DNA of 64,000 nucleotides from an uncultured Verrucomicrobiae bacterium (GTDB taxonomy: Bacteria > Verrucomicrobiota > Verrucomicrobiia > Chthoniobacterales > UBA10450): NCBI GenBank assembly GCA_963756875.1, contig CAVWPA010000003.1:1408001-1472000 (forward strand), in the 5' to 3' direction. Under the pieces are notes generated by a model, which worked only from the letters and a program-made list of their open reading frames with translations, did no database searches and was not told the DNA's origin. A program made the position numbers and the translations under genes. Below are positions 30,404 to 40,905 of the stretch, one piece after another. Every line of letters begins with the position of its first letter. The first letter of the stretch is position 1.

Positions 30404-30533
30404 GGAGGCAGAGGTTGAGGGTTGATAGTTGATGGTTGAGAGACTCCAAAGTCAAGCGCCGACCATCTTGGATTATGGGTCTTCGATTTGCTTCGTGTCC
30501 CAGCCTCTTAACCCATTTAACCGTTTCAACCGG

Positions 30534-31916
30534 TCACGTCCATTTCCTCATCTGCTCTGGGAAGGGGCATTGCGCGCAGTCGGAATTGTCCTCAAGGCAA
30601 AAGTCCTCGTAGATCTGAAGCAGACCTTGTTGATGCGCGATTGTCTTCAGGAATTCCTTGCGGCGCGGGTCGTCCCCGAACAATCGCGTGGCGCCGGTTT
30701 CCAATCGGCGATTGGTCAATCGCGCCGGCAGCTTCGCGTATTCACTCCAAACGTCGATTTCTTCCGCGCACCAGAACGGGAAGATCACGTTCGCCAAGAT
30801 CTCCGCCGCGCGCGATTCGCCGATCAAGGCCATCGCTTTAGGCGAAGCTTCCGCCGTGAGCGTGTAATGGAATTTCCAAAACGGGTGATCTAGTCCACCT
30901 AGAAATTCGGTGACTCTGGTAGCACGCGTGTCGCCTGCGCCATTTTTTCCTAACCATCGCCGAAACGCCGGCCATTCGCGCGCCAGCATCGACAACGCGG
31001 CCAGGCGGCGCTGCGGGTGGTTGACCGGACGGGTGCCGCTGATTCTCCAAAGTTTCGGCGGCAACATTACTCGTTGGAATTCGTCGCGATGAGGCCACCA
31101 CCTGTCCCAAAGCTCGCGCACGTAATTTCTGCTCGATTGTTTGTAGACCGCGAGATCGGGCGCTTGCAAGAATCCGGCCGCGCCGAAGAGTATTGCTTCA
31201 CAATTGTCGCCATGGTCCCGCAGAAATTTCAACGGCAAACGTTGTGACAGCAGGGTGAACGGCAATTTGTTTTCCTTGTAACCAAGCGCCGCCGCCAGTT
31301 CTTGGAACAGTGCTTCGTCCCGACCGTGGTTCTCTATCCGACTACGAATGCGCGCAGCTTTTTGCTTCAGCCGGAATTGCGCGGCAGCATCGAGAACACC
31401 ACGGACCTGCTCTTCCGGCAAGTTTCTCAATGGCGCCTGGCAACGCCCGGGTCGCGCCAGCGGAATGTTTGCACTGAAAGCATCTGGCAACGCCGCCGGA
31501 TCGATGCGTACCTGCGGCACATTGCGGTTCGACGTGGTCCGGCTGAAAAATTCGAGCTCGCTCTTATCGACGAACACATGCAGTGCGGTCTGTTCGAACG
31601 CCGGATTCGTTGCATGCCCATGTGTCTCCCAGTTGCGATCGAGCAGATCGATCTCGATGCAACCGCGGAGCGCTTCGCTGCCGTTGATGCGAACGGCCGC
31701 GTCACGAAAATCCGGCCCGGCTTCGCGGTTCCATGTGCCGAACTGAACAACCTCGATCTTGTCGCCGGCCGTGGAAACGAACTTGTGCCCGAAGTCTCCC
31801 GCAAACCAGCGGGCCTGAAGGTCCAGTTCGCTGATTGTCCGGGGTGTCGTAAACAACGCACGTTCGCGAACACGAGCGGCGGTGCGTAAATCGGCGTATC
31901 GCTCTGAAAACAACAT
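30534..31916 (-). CDS. DUF2851 family protein
   Basis: GTWNREAGPDF, GCIEID..WETHGH..NPAF and RPVNHPQRRLAA motifs; C-terminal C..C..C. Confidence 0.85.
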   Translation of the reverse strand: MLFSERYADLRTAARVRERALFTTPRTISELDLQARWFAGDFGHKFVSTAGDKIEVVQFGTWNREAGPDFRDAAVRINGSEALRGCIEIDLLDRNWETHGHATNPAFEQTALHVFVDKSELEFFSRTTSNRNVPQVRIDPAALPDAFSANIPLARPGRCQAPLRNLPEEQVRGVLDAAAQFRLKQKAARIRSRIENHGRDEALFQELAAALGYKENKLPFTLLSQRLPLKFLRDHGDNCEAILFGAAGFLQAPDLAVYKQSSRNYVRELWDRWWPHRDEFQRVMLPPKLWRISGTRPVNHPQRRLAALSMLAREWPAFRRWLGKNGAGDTRATRVTEFLGGLDHPFWKFHYTLTAEASPKAMALIGESRAAEILANVIFPFWCAEEIDVWSEYAKLPARLTNRRLETGATRLFGDDPRRKEFLKTIAHQQGLLQIYEDFCLEDNSDCAQCPFPEQMRKWT

Positions 31917-31988
31917 CAGAAAAGCTGTATCGCCGTTTGTAACGCAGCGAGATCGGAAGAAGAAAGCTGTTTCGCCGCAAACGCGATT

Positions 31989-33041
31989 CTACAGGGAACT
32001 CGTCGGTTCCGCCTCAAGAGCTTCCTTTTCGATAGAGGATTGATTCAAACGCTCGCGCAGCCGTTCGACGATTTGTTCGACCAGGGCGGCGTCCGGACGG
32101 CAGAAAATGAAAAGATATTTCGGGCCTTTCCCGACCGCGGGAAAGATGATCAGATTTTCTGAAAGAAACCTGGGCTCGTGCGCGACCATCGACCCGTCCA
32201 GATCGATCGTTTGTGCAAACGGGCGGCCGTTTTTGCGGGCTACGAACAGGAGTTTTCGCGGCTCTTCGTTCGTCGCGACGAGCGCACCGAACAAGTTTGC
32301 GGGCACCCGCCTGCCGCGCCCGCTGATGCAACGCGCAGCGAAGGCAACGGTCTCGTTGAGGTTGTTCTGCCGGTTAAAAACATGAGCGAGGCGTGCGGGC
32401 AATGTGGTTGGCAATTTTACCGACAGACCGAAATTGGCGGGGCCGTTGAGCTTTTTTAAGGCGAGCCAGATTTTCGCCTTCATTGCGCGCAGAATTTTTG
32501 GCGCGAAGTAAAGGAACGCCACGATCGCGACCAGAAAAACCGATAACGCGATTACTGGATTATAATAGATCAGCGCCAGACCGCCGAGGACGCCGACGTC
32601 TTCACCGAAGCTAAGGGCGATATTTGAAAACGGCTCGGGGGAAGTGTTGCTGGCGAGACGCGTGGCCGTCTTTGCCGTGTGCGTGATGAGGCTGGTGCCG
32701 CCGGCCAGGAGCGCCACCATAATGGTAAAGGTCGGGTTTGGATGTCCGAGCACTTGAATGGCGAGAAGCGCCCCGCCGATCGGTCGAATCACCGTGTGCA
32801 CTGCGTCCCAGGCCGAATCGACCCATGGGATTTTGTCGGCGAAAAATTCAAGGGAATAGAGAATGCCGGAAATAATGATAATGGCCGGCTGACCCAGCAC
32901 GTCGAGCGATTGGTAGGCGGGCGCGAGCGCGATCCAGTGAAAATGGATGGCCAGACCGGTAGCGAAGACGGTCAGGTAGAGGTTAATTCCCGCCAGGGCG
33001 GCCAGTCCAAGCGCAACGGTGAGAAGGTGTAGTCTTTCCAC
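31989..33041 (-). CDS. DUF4126 family membrane protein
   Basis: AGINLYLT, EFFADKIPWVDSAWD..HTVIRPIGGA and SPEPFSNIALSFGED motifs. Confidence 0.88.
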   Translation of the reverse strand: MERLHLLTVALGLAALAGINLYLTVFATGLAIHFHWIALAPAYQSLDVLGQPAIIIISGILYSLEFFADKIPWVDSAWDAVHTVIRPIGGALLAIQVLGHPNPTFTIMVALLAGGTSLITHTAKTATRLASNTSPEPFSNIALSFGEDVGVLGGLALIYYNPVIALSVFLVAIVAFLYFAPKILRAMKAKIWLALKKLNGPANFGLSVKLPTTLPARLAHVFNRQNNLNETVAFAARCISGRGRRVPANLFGALVATNEEPRKLLFVARKNGRPFAQTIDLDGSMVAHEPRFLSENLIIFPAVGKGPKYLFIFCRPDAALVEQIVERLRERLNQSSIEKEALEAEPTSSL

Positions 33042-33097
33042 GGGAAAATTATGGACTCACGGGTGTCGCAATGTCACGCACGGAAGTCGGCCTGGGC

Positions 33098-33217
33098 AAA
33101 TGACGAATGCCGAAGGAATGACGAAGCACGAATGACTCATGGCGATTGCTGTTTCGTCATTTTGGATTGCCGTTTTCCTTCGTCATTCGTCATTTCAATT
33201 TCGTCATTCGTCATTCA
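33098..33217. repeat. Heptamer-periodic inverted repeat (ATGACGA / TCGTCAT)
   Basis: AATGACGAATG...GAATGACGAAG on the left; TTCGTCATTCGTCAT repeated on the right; upstream of serS. Confidence 0.75.
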
Positions 33218-33228
33218 TACTTGGCGCC

Positions 33229-34548
33229 ATGCTCGACATTCGCCTGATTCGCGAGAAACCGGACTTTGTTCGGGAACGTCTGGCCACGCGCGGGGAGGAC
33301 CTCGACGTGAAGGTCACGGAGGTCATTGCATCCGACAAACAGCGGCGCGCCGATGAGACCGCCGTTCAGCAGTTCCGCGCGCAAAGGAACGAGTTGAGCA
33401 AGAAGATCGGCGTTCTGAAAGGCCGCGGTGAAGATACCGGTCAACTGGAAACGGAAGTCACCGAGATCAACCGGGACATTGACCAATTGAACGAAGCGAT
33501 TGCGGGGAGCGAGCAGGTGCAACGCGATCTGCTTCTTGAGATTCCGAATCTTCCTCATGAAACCGTGCCGGTGGGCAAGGATGCGAGCGCGAACAAGGTG
33601 GTGCGCAGCTGGGGCGAAAAACCGCAGTTAAAGGAGCCGGTGCTCGATCATGTCGATCTTGGAGCCCGGTTAAAGCTTCTCGACCTGGAACGCGCAACCA
33701 AGTTGAGCGGGAGCGGCTTTATTTGCTTCACGGGCGCCGGCGCGAAGTTGGAGCGCGCGCTGATTCATTTCATGCTCGACCTGCACACGCGGGAGCATGG
33801 CTACCTTGAAATGAGCCCGCCGTTTCTGGTCAGGCGCGAGTGCATGACCGGCACAAGCCAGCTGCCGAAATTCGAGGCCGACATGTACGGGTTGGAAAAC
33901 GGCGAACTGTTTCTCGCTCCGACCGCGGAAGTGCCGCTAACGAATCTGCATCGGGAAGAGATTCTGGCGGCTGGCGATCTTCCGAAAAAATTTACTGCTT
34001 ACACGCCCTGCTTCCGCCGTGAAGCAGGCTCAGCGGGGCGGGAAACCCACGGGATCATTCGAGTCCATCAATTCGACAAGGTCGAGCTGGTGAAGATCAC
34101 GACCCCGGAAAAATCGTACGAAGAACTCAAAGCTCTGCTGGCCGATGCCGAGCGCGTCCTGCAATTGCTTGGCTTGCATTACCGGGTCCTCGAGCTTTGC
34201 ACCGGCGATCTCGGGTTTGGCTCGGCCAAGACTTACGACATCGAAGTCTGGTCGCCCGGCCAGAAAGGGTATCTGGAGGTTTCGAGCTGCTCGAACTTCG
34301 AGGATTTTCAGGCGCGCCGGATGAATCTTCGTTTCAAGGGTGCCGATGGAAAGAACCGTTTTTGCCACACATTAAATGGATCGGGTCTGGCGCTCCCGAG
34401 ATTGTTTGCGGCGTTAATCGAAAGCAATCAACAGCCCGACGGCTCGGTCCGGATCCCTGAGAAATTAGAGCCCTATTTCGGGGCGAAAGAGATATCGGCG
34501 AACAAAGCTCCAAATTCCAACATCCAAGCTCCAGTGAAGCTCCAATAA
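33229..34548 (+). CDS. serS: Serine--tRNA ligase
   Basis: MLDIRLIRE start; PTAEVP, FRREAGSAG, RVHQFDKVE, EVSSCSN and HTLNGSGLA motifs. Confidence 0.98.
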   Translation: MLDIRLIREKPDFVRERLATRGEDLDVKVTEVIASDKQRRADETAVQQFRAQRNELSKKIGVLKGRGEDTGQLETEVTEINRDIDQLNEAIAGSEQVQRDLLLEIPNLPHETVPVGKDASANKVVRSWGEKPQLKEPVLDHVDLGARLKLLDLERATKLSGSGFICFTGAGAKLERALIHFMLDLHTREHGYLEMSPPFLVRRECMTGTSQLPKFEADMYGLENGELFLAPTAEVPLTNLHREEILAAGDLPKKFTAYTPCFRREAGSAGRETHGIIRVHQFDKVELVKITTPEKSYEELKALLADAERVLQLLGLHYRVLELCTGDLGFGSAKTYDIEVWSPGQKGYLEVSSCSNFEDFQARRMNLRFKGADGKNRFCHTLNGSGLALPRLFAALIESNQQPDGSVRIPEKLEPYFGAKEISANKAPNSNIQAPVKLQ

Positions 34549-34634
34549 CTAAAATCCCCAACCGCGCGTCAGTCGCATTTTGAATATTGAAGATTGAGGA
34601 TTCTTTGGAGGTTGGAGCTTGGAATTTGGAGCTT
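34505..34634. repeat. Heptamer-periodic inverted repeat (CTCCAAA / TTTGGAG) overlapping the serS stop
   Basis: AAGCTCCAAATTCCAA (34505-34520) / TTGGAATTTGGAGCTT (34619-34634), a perfect 16-bp pair. Confidence 0.8.
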
Positions 34635-34661
34635 CTTGTTCCTTGTCGTGTTTATTCGTGG

Positions 34662-35627
34662 TTAAAGTAAGTCGAGCTGCCCGCGGTTCTGTTCGGAGAA
34701 GATTCTCTCGGTTTCAGAGGGGAGTGGCAGCTCGTAGCCGAGCCGTTGGGCGAGGCGTTGCGCGGTTTCCGGCGCGAACCCTTCAAAGTGGTTGCTTACG
34801 AATGCCCAGACATTGCTCACTTCCGGAAGATGGCGCTCGATTTTGAGCGACCAACTCTCCAGCGCGGCTTCCCGTTTCCATAGAAGCTTCTCGTAACGAT
34901 GGACACGGCGACCGTCGCCGTCGTACTTTGTCGCATAGTCGCCAAGCAGACGGAGGTAAAAGAAATCGGTGGTGCGCGGCAGGAACTCGAACGGCGCAAG
35001 GTTGCGTTCGTTGAGCGGGCTGGTATCGGCCCAGACCCAACAAACGCGGCATTTTTCGAGGAGTCCGATAATTTGGGGCCGATGCCAGCCGGGATGACGA
35101 AACTCGACAGCAAACCGGAGATCGCGCGGCAATTGCGTCAGAAACGTGCGAAGCGATTGTCTGCCTTCCTTGGGTGTGAACGAGGGCGGCAGTTGAATGA
35201 GGATTACCTGCAATTTCGGTCCGAGCGGCTCGAGCGCTCGCAAAAACGAGCTCAGCTCCTCGCGGCAATCGCGAAGCCGGCGCACATGCGTGATTTCGCG
35301 CGGAAGCTTGCAACTGAACCGGAACGTCGCGGGCGTGACTTCGGCCCATCGGCGAATCGTGGTCTCGGCCGGCGCACTGTAAAAGGTCGAGTCCACCTCG
35401 ACCGCCGGGAAATGGCGCGCATAGAACTCCAGCCGCTCCGATTCGGGAAGGTCCGCGGGATAAAAGCTCCCTCGCCATTCGTCAAAACTCCAGGCGCAGG
35501 CGCCGATGCGGATCTTCTGCTGATCGATCAGGTTCAATTTGTTGCCGCGGCCGTTGCCCGGGCGGCTGCAATCTACTTCGAAACGGGCGACTTCGGCTAC
35601 AGGAAATCGCGTCGGTTGAAAGATCAA
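34662..35627 (-). CDS. DUF72 (YecE-like) family protein; true start probably near 35538
   Basis: RIGACAWSFDEW.G.FYP, VEVDSTFY, LIQLPPSF and AVEFRH motifs. Confidence 0.9.
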   Translation of the reverse strand: MIFQPTRFPVAEVARFEVDCSRPGNGRGNKLNLIDQQKIRIGACAWSFDEWRGSFYPADLPESERLEFYARHFPAVEVDSTFYSAPAETTIRRWAEVTPATFRFSCKLPREITHVRRLRDCREELSSFLRALEPLGPKLQVILIQLPPSFTPKEGRQSLRTFLTQLPRDLRFAVEFRHPGWHRPQIIGLLEKCRVCWVWADTSPLNERNLAPFEFLPRTTDFFYLRLLGDYATKYDGDGRRVHRYEKLLWKREAALESWSLKIERHLPEVSNVWAFVSNHFEGFAPETAQRLAQRLGYELPLPSETERIFSEQNRGQLDLL

Positions 35628-35733
35628 CGTGCGGTAGCCGCCGCCAGCCGAGGGCAGCGACCCCGGCTACAGGCACTTCTTTGCACCTGGCCAACTTGAC
35701 GGGGTCGATAACTTAACTACCCTGCGAAGCCCC

Positions 35734-36993
35734 ATGAAATCGCGCGTTCCAGCGTTCCTTTTTGCTCTGGTCATCGGTCTCTCCTTTTCCCAGGTGAGCA
35801 GGGCTGCGGTTATCTTCAAGCCGGGTAAAAAAGCGAAGTACGTCGCGCCCGGCGAAGAGGAGATGAACGGCAACGCGGAGGAGCTATTCCACATCGCTCA
35901 GAAAGCCGAGGGAAATGGCAATGTGAAGCGGGCTATCCGAGCCTACAAGACGTTGGTGCGCCGGCATCCGAAGGACGCGCTTGCAGCGGGCTCGATTTTT
36001 CGCGCGGGTGAATTACAAGAGAAGATCAATGATCTCCCGGACGCGGTGCTATCGTTCCGGACCCTGATGGAAAGATATCCGAGCAGTCCGCATTTTGATG
36101 AGGCAATTGAAGGTCTATTTCGCATCGGGGAAGCATATTTGGGAGGCAGAAAGATCAAAATTCTTGGTGTTCCAGTTGCCTCTTCGATGGATAAGGCGGT
36201 GGAAATCTTCGCGGCTGTCATTCGCAGCGCGCCGTTTGGCAAGTACACGGCCCGCGCGCAATTCGACATTGGTTTGGCCCGGGAAAAGGAACACCTGAAT
36301 GACGCGGCACTTGAGGCTTACCAGGCGGTGATCGATAAATTTCCAAACGAACCCGTCGCGGCCGATGCCCAGTATCAGATTGGTTACATCTGGATGAGAG
36401 TGGCAAAGGCCGGCGCGAAGGATCTCGCCGCTACTAAAAACGCCCAAACTGCTTTCGGAGACTTTCTCTTTCGGTATCCCAATAGCGAAAAGGCTCCGCA
36501 GGCACGCGCTAATCTGAAGCTGCTCGAGCACAAACAGACTACGAGCGCGTTTGACGTGGCGAGGTTTTACGACAAGCAAAAACACTATCGGGCTGCCGTG
36601 ATTTATTATAATGAGGTGATCCGAGAGCAGCCGGATTCGCCGGAAAGCATGAAGGCTAAGAAACGAATCGACCAGTTGCGCGCGAAGTTCGGCGATGCCG
36701 CGCTTCAGCCGCTGGTCGAGACTGCGGAGGCAAAAAAGGAGAGAAAGGCCGCGGAAGAGAAAAAACATAAATCCGAGACGCATGCGGATGCCAATACGCA
36801 TGCGAATGACAGCGGGCCGTTGCCTCCGCCGGACACGGACTTGTCTCTGCCCCCGCCCGCTTCGCTGGGCTCCGGCGCTGATACAACTGGGCCCGGATCA
36901 TTGCCAGGCGCGGGAAGTAGTTCCTTGCCTGAGCCGTCGCCGACTCCGGAATCTTCGGCCACTCCGGAAGGAGAGGCCTCGCCGGCGCCGTGA
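35734..36993 (+). CDS. bamD: Outer membrane protein assembly factor BamD-like TPR protein
   Basis: TPRs with RYPSS and FRYPNSEKAP; VARFYDKQKHYRAAVIYY; upstream of lptE. Confidence 0.75.
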   Translation: MKSRVPAFLFALVIGLSFSQVSRAAVIFKPGKKAKYVAPGEEEMNGNAEELFHIAQKAEGNGNVKRAIRAYKTLVRRHPKDALAAGSIFRAGELQEKINDLPDAVLSFRTLMERYPSSPHFDEAIEGLFRIGEAYLGGRKIKILGVPVASSMDKAVEIFAAVIRSAPFGKYTARAQFDIGLAREKEHLNDAALEAYQAVIDKFPNEPVAADAQYQIGYIWMRVAKAGAKDLAATKNAQTAFGDFLFRYPNSEKAPQARANLKLLEHKQTTSAFDVARFYDKQKHYRAAVIYYNEVIREQPDSPESMKAKKRIDQLRAKFGDAALQPLVETAEAKKERKAAEEKKHKSETHADANTHANDSGPLPPPDTDLSLPPPASLGSGADTTGPGSLPGAGSSSLPEPSPTPESSATPEGEASPAP

Positions 36994-37496
36994 AGCATTC
37001 ATTTCTGGCAGCGTCGATCTGCCTTTGCCTGACCGGTTGCCTCGGCTATCGCATCGGACCAGCCAAACCATATTATCTTAAGGACATTCACAAGATCGCG
37101 GTCCCGACATTTGGGAACAACACGCTTCTTCCGCACATTGAAGTGTTGGTAACCGATACGGTGATCAAGCAGTTTCAACAGGACGGCACCTTTCAGATAG
37201 CGAACAAAAATGACGCAGATGCGATTTTGAAGGCGGAAATCACCCGCGTTAGCCGTACTCCAGCGCGTTCGGTTCGTGGCAACGTGCTGGCCACCAGCGA
37301 ATTCAATCTGTCGATTCATCTGAAATACAGATTGGTCGGGCGTGATGGAGAATCAGTGGCGCCACCGGGTGAGGTTTCGGGTTCGACCAGCTTTTTTGTG
37401 GGCACGGACGTCGTGACGGACGAACGCCAGGCTTTGCCGATCGCCACTGGGGAATTGGCGACACGTTTGGTCAGCCAGCTCAGCGAAGGCTGGTGA
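36990..37496 (+). CDS. lptE: LPS assembly lipoprotein LptE
   Basis: Lipobox LTGC then LGYRIG; IAVPTFGNNT; C-terminal ERQALP..LATRLVSQLSEGW. Confidence 0.8.
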   Translation: MKHSFLAASICLCLTGCLGYRIGPAKPYYLKDIHKIAVPTFGNNTLLPHIEVLVTDTVIKQFQQDGTFQIANKNDADAILKAEITRVSRTPARSVRGNVLATSEFNLSIHLKYRLVGRDGESVAPPGEVSGSTSFFVGTDVVTDERQALPIATGELATRLVSQLSEGW

Positions 37497-38383
37497 CCGG
37501 AATGAAAGGCGAGGAAAAGCTCTGGAATATTCTCAACGATAAGCTCGACACATTGCGGGCCGGTCATCGAATGCCTGAGGCGATCCGCATCGCCGAGACT
37601 CTGCTCGATCTGGCGAAACGCACATTCGGCGACAACGAGGTCGCCTTGGCCACCAGTTACGAGAAACTGGGCCAGTTGCTCGATCAAAGCGGCGATCGAG
37701 TAAGGGCAAAACCGTATTTGCTCAAAGCCCACGCCGTATTGGAGAAAGGCAAACCGTCCGATCAGAGCGCGCTTTACCGTTCGGCTCGCCGTCTTGCCTT
37801 TCTTTGCGACAATCTTGGCCAGCCGGAGGAGGCGATCCGTTACTACGAGAAGGCAATCGCCGCGGGGACGCAGCTGGACAATCTGCCATATCCGGATCTC
37901 GGAACGATGTTAAATAATGTGGCCCTCATTTTTCGAAAGTCGGGGCGCCCAAAGGCGGCTGAGCCTTATTATTTGCACGCGCTTCAGATTTATGAAAAAC
38001 AGCTCGGCCCCGAGCATGCCGACCTGGCCTCGGTGCTGAATAACCTCGCTGTGTTTTACACGAACGAGCGCCGTTTTAGCGAGGCGGAGAAGACCCACCT
38101 GCGGGCCCTGGCCATTCGGGAGAAGGTGCTTCCGCCAATGCATCCCGATATCGCGCAATCAAAATGTAATCTGGCGGTGGTCTATCATTCGCGCGGCGAT
38201 TACCCCAAAGCTGCGGAGCTTTACCGCGCTTCCCTGAAAAGCTGGGAGGAAGCGACCGACAATCCGCCGGAAGATTACGAGATCGTCGCCGCGAACTACG
38301 CCGATCTGTTGCGCTCGTTAGGCAAAGTGCGTAAGGCGCATCAGTTGGAAGCTCGCGCCAAGAAACGCCGCCGCGGCGTTTAA
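37493..38383 (+). CDS. TPR protein (kinesin light chain-like 42-aa repeats)
   Basis: LGPEHADLASVLNNLA and ALAIREKVLPPMHPDIAQSKCNLA repeats. Confidence 0.9.
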   Translation: MTGMKGEEKLWNILNDKLDTLRAGHRMPEAIRIAETLLDLAKRTFGDNEVALATSYEKLGQLLDQSGDRVRAKPYLLKAHAVLEKGKPSDQSALYRSARRLAFLCDNLGQPEEAIRYYEKAIAAGTQLDNLPYPDLGTMLNNVALIFRKSGRPKAAEPYYLHALQIYEKQLGPEHADLASVLNNLAVFYTNERRFSEAEKTHLRALAIREKVLPPMHPDIAQSKCNLAVVYHSRGDYPKAAELYRASLKSWEEATDNPPEDYEIVAANYADLLRSLGKVRKAHQLEARAKKRRRGV

Positions 38384-38384
38384 A

Positions 38385-38490
38385 GTTCCAAACCGCAAAC
38401 CGCAAATCCCAGGGAAACTTCAAACTCCAATCTTCAACCGCGCGGGCCGAAGTTTGAATGTTGGAGCTTGGCGATTGGGATTTGGGGTTT
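38385..38490. repeat. Heptamer-periodic inverted repeat (TCCAAA / TTGGA-type)
   Basis: TTCCAAACCGCAAACCGCAAATCCC...CTCCAATC mirrored by GTTGGAGCTTGGCGATTGGGATTTGG. Confidence 0.7.
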
Positions 38491-38544
38491 CAAAGCGGCT
38501 TGCGGCTCATCACGGCCTGCGCGATCTTCGGAGCCGCTTTGTTC

Positions 38545-38626
38545 GCTCACGTGGCGGAATTGGCAGACGCGTACGGCTCAGGACCGTATGGGGCAACCCG
38601 TGGAGGTTCGAGTCCTCTCGTGAGCA
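38545..38626 (+). tRNA. tRNA-Leu (anticodon CAG), CCA not encoded
   Basis: GCTCACG acceptor stem, TACGG-CTCAGGA-CCGTA anticodon arm, long variable arm, GGTTCGAGTCC T arm. Confidence 0.97.
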
Positions 38627-39087
38627 CGATTCTTTGCGGCCGGTGGAGGCATGGTGCGCTGCGCATCAAAGTCAGGCGCGCTTCGTCAGTCTCAGTGGGA
38701 TCACCCACAAGACCGGTTTCTTTCAGAAATTGGCCACAGCGATCGGCCTCGAAGTCATTGAGAATTCATCAGTGATTCCGACCTGGCGCTTTCCTGCCGC
38801 ACTTTCGGTGCCGTTCGCCTTCGCAAAGCTTACGGGCGTCTTCGTAGGAACATCCCTGCCTTCCATGGGGGTGGCTGATGCGTTCTATGATGCAGTCCGT
38901 GTAGGGTAAAACCCTATAAGGAATGGCTTGTCGAAGGGGGCCGCGACGGGTTATATTATAATAAGCGTAAGAATATGTTCCATGCAGGGAAGCGCGGCTG
39001 GGCGCCAGGCCGAATCGGGCGACGGTCGCGTAACCGCTGTGGCTGTGCGGCGCACCGCTTTCTTTCAAAGCCGACTGAACGGGTGCA

Positions 39088-40890
39088 ATGAACGCGCAAG
39101 ATCGACATCTTCCACAAAAAAGCGAGCAGCTTTTCGCGGCCTTCATGGACAACCTCCCGGGGTTCGCATGGATTAAGGATTTGGAAGGACGCTATACGTA
39201 TGCCAACGCCTTGGTGCAGGAATTGCAGCCTCATCGCGGGATCCGGGTGGGTAGGACAGATTCCGAAGCGTGGCCGCCGGAAATCTCCACCGTTCTTTGT
39301 GCCAACGACAAAATCGTTATCGACACTGGCAAATCGCTGCAAACCGTTGAGCCGTATTTGCGGGAGGGCGAACTTCGCGAAGCGCTGGTAAGCAAATTTC
39401 CAATTTTTGACTCGAGCGGCGCTGTCGAATCGGTGGGCGGCGTGGGAATAGATATCACCGAGCGTGTCAAGGCAGAGCGAGCAAGTTCGGAGTTGGCGGC
39501 AATCGTTGAAGGTTCGAATGATGCCATCATCGGCAAAACATTAGATGGAGTAATTACCTCCTGGAATAAGTCAGCCGAGAGGATTTACGGCTACCTGGCC
39601 TCGGAGGCCATAGGCCGCCCGATCGCGATTCTGGCTCCACCGGAACTGCAGGATGAGCTTCGGAAGATCCTGGAGCGGATCAAGCGCGGCGAATCCATCG
39701 AACATCTCGAGACCACGCGTCTTCGCAAAGACGGCAGCCAGGTATCGGTTTCTCTGACGATCTCTCCCATTAAGAACAATACGGGGGAAATTACCGGCGC
39801 ATCCGGAATTGCGCGCGATATCACTGAGCAAAAACGAGCTGAGCAGGCGTTGCGCGAAAGTGAGGAACGATTTCGCACTCAATATAAAAGTATGCCGATG
39901 CCGCTCTTCATGTGGCGGGCCGTGAACGATGACTTTGTATTGCTCGGTGGCAATGACGCCGCCGTAGCCTTCACCGAAGCCCATCTCCACACGATCGTCG
40001 GCAGGACGGCCTCCGAGCTGTATGCGGATATGCCGCAAATCCTGGAAGACTTCGCCCGTTGCTTCGCGACCGAGACGCTCATCAGCCGCGAGTTGCCGTA
40101 TCTGATGCGATCTTCGGGCGGGCAAAAAGAGCTGATCGCCACGTATGCGTTCATCCCGCCGGATCTGGTGACCGTTCACGTTTTCGACGTCACGAAGCAC
40201 AAGCAGGCAGAAGAAGCGTTAAATGCAGCCAATCGACAACTGCGGAGCCTTTCGCGTCGCTACATCCAGGTTCAGGAAAATCAAAGAAAACATCTCGCCC
40301 GCGAACTGCACGATCAAATAGGCCAGGCGTTGACGGCGGCGAAAATTTCCATTCGGTCCGTCAAACGATTGAGAAAACGCGAAACAATGGCGCGACAGTT
40401 GGACAAGGCGACCGCAATTATCGATCAAATTCTGCTGGAAGTGCGTCAAATTGCCCTGAATCTCAGGCCATCTGCGCTTGACGATTTGGGTCTGGCTGCG
40501 GCTCTGCGTCTGATTCTTGATGACTATGCCAAACGGGGAGGCTGGCAGGCCCGGTTCTTCGAAGAAGAGAATATGGGGCGCGCTGACGCGGAAGTAGAGA
40601 CAATTTGTTTTCGAATGGCCCTCGAGGCGCTGACAAACATTCTGCGCCATGCCCAAGCGCAAAAGGTATCGATGAAATTGCGAAAAAAAGGGGATTCACT
40701 GCACCTGAGTGTGTACGATGACGGCGTCGGTTTTGACGTTGCTAAAACGGAGGCGTCCACTGAACGAGATCGTCTGGGATTGATCGGTATGCGCGAACGC
40801 GCAAGCGAGGTGGGGGGAAAAGTTCAGTACAAATCGGTGCCGGGGGAAGGCACCGAAGTGCACATATTTCTCCCTTTTCATCCAACTTAG
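39088..40890 (+). CDS. Cytoplasmic multi-PAS histidine kinase, HisKA_3 (NarX/UhpB type)
   Basis: Three PAS/PAC blocks; LARELHDQIGQALT, EALTNILRHA, DDGVGF and LGLIGMRER motifs. Confidence 0.93.
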   Translation: MNAQDRHLPQKSEQLFAAFMDNLPGFAWIKDLEGRYTYANALVQELQPHRGIRVGRTDSEAWPPEISTVLCANDKIVIDTGKSLQTVEPYLREGELREALVSKFPIFDSSGAVESVGGVGIDITERVKAERASSELAAIVEGSNDAIIGKTLDGVITSWNKSAERIYGYLASEAIGRPIAILAPPELQDELRKILERIKRGESIEHLETTRLRKDGSQVSVSLTISPIKNNTGEITGASGIARDITEQKRAEQALRESEERFRTQYKSMPMPLFMWRAVNDDFVLLGGNDAAVAFTEAHLHTIVGRTASELYADMPQILEDFARCFATETLISRELPYLMRSSGGQKELIATYAFIPPDLVTVHVFDVTKHKQAEEALNAANRQLRSLSRRYIQVQENQRKHLARELHDQIGQALTAAKISIRSVKRLRKRETMARQLDKATAIIDQILLEVRQIALNLRPSALDDLGLAAALRLILDDYAKRGGWQARFFEEENMGRADAEVETICFRMALEALTNILRHAQAQKVSMKLRKKGDSLHLSVYDDGVGFDVAKTEASTERDRLGLIGMRERASEVGGKVQYKSVPGEGTEVHIFLPFHPT

Positions 40891-40905
40891 CTGTTCAGAC
40901 ACCTC

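Noticed and set aside
33098..38490. Periodic intergenic repeats as CRISPR arrays
   Set aside because: Units are 7-9 nt, degenerate and inverted, with no unique spacers and no cas genes.
38454..38909. ORFs spanning tRNA-Leu, and the 33139 upstream start for serS
   Set aside because: They run through a tRNA or repeat DNA. SerS homology begins at ATG 33229.
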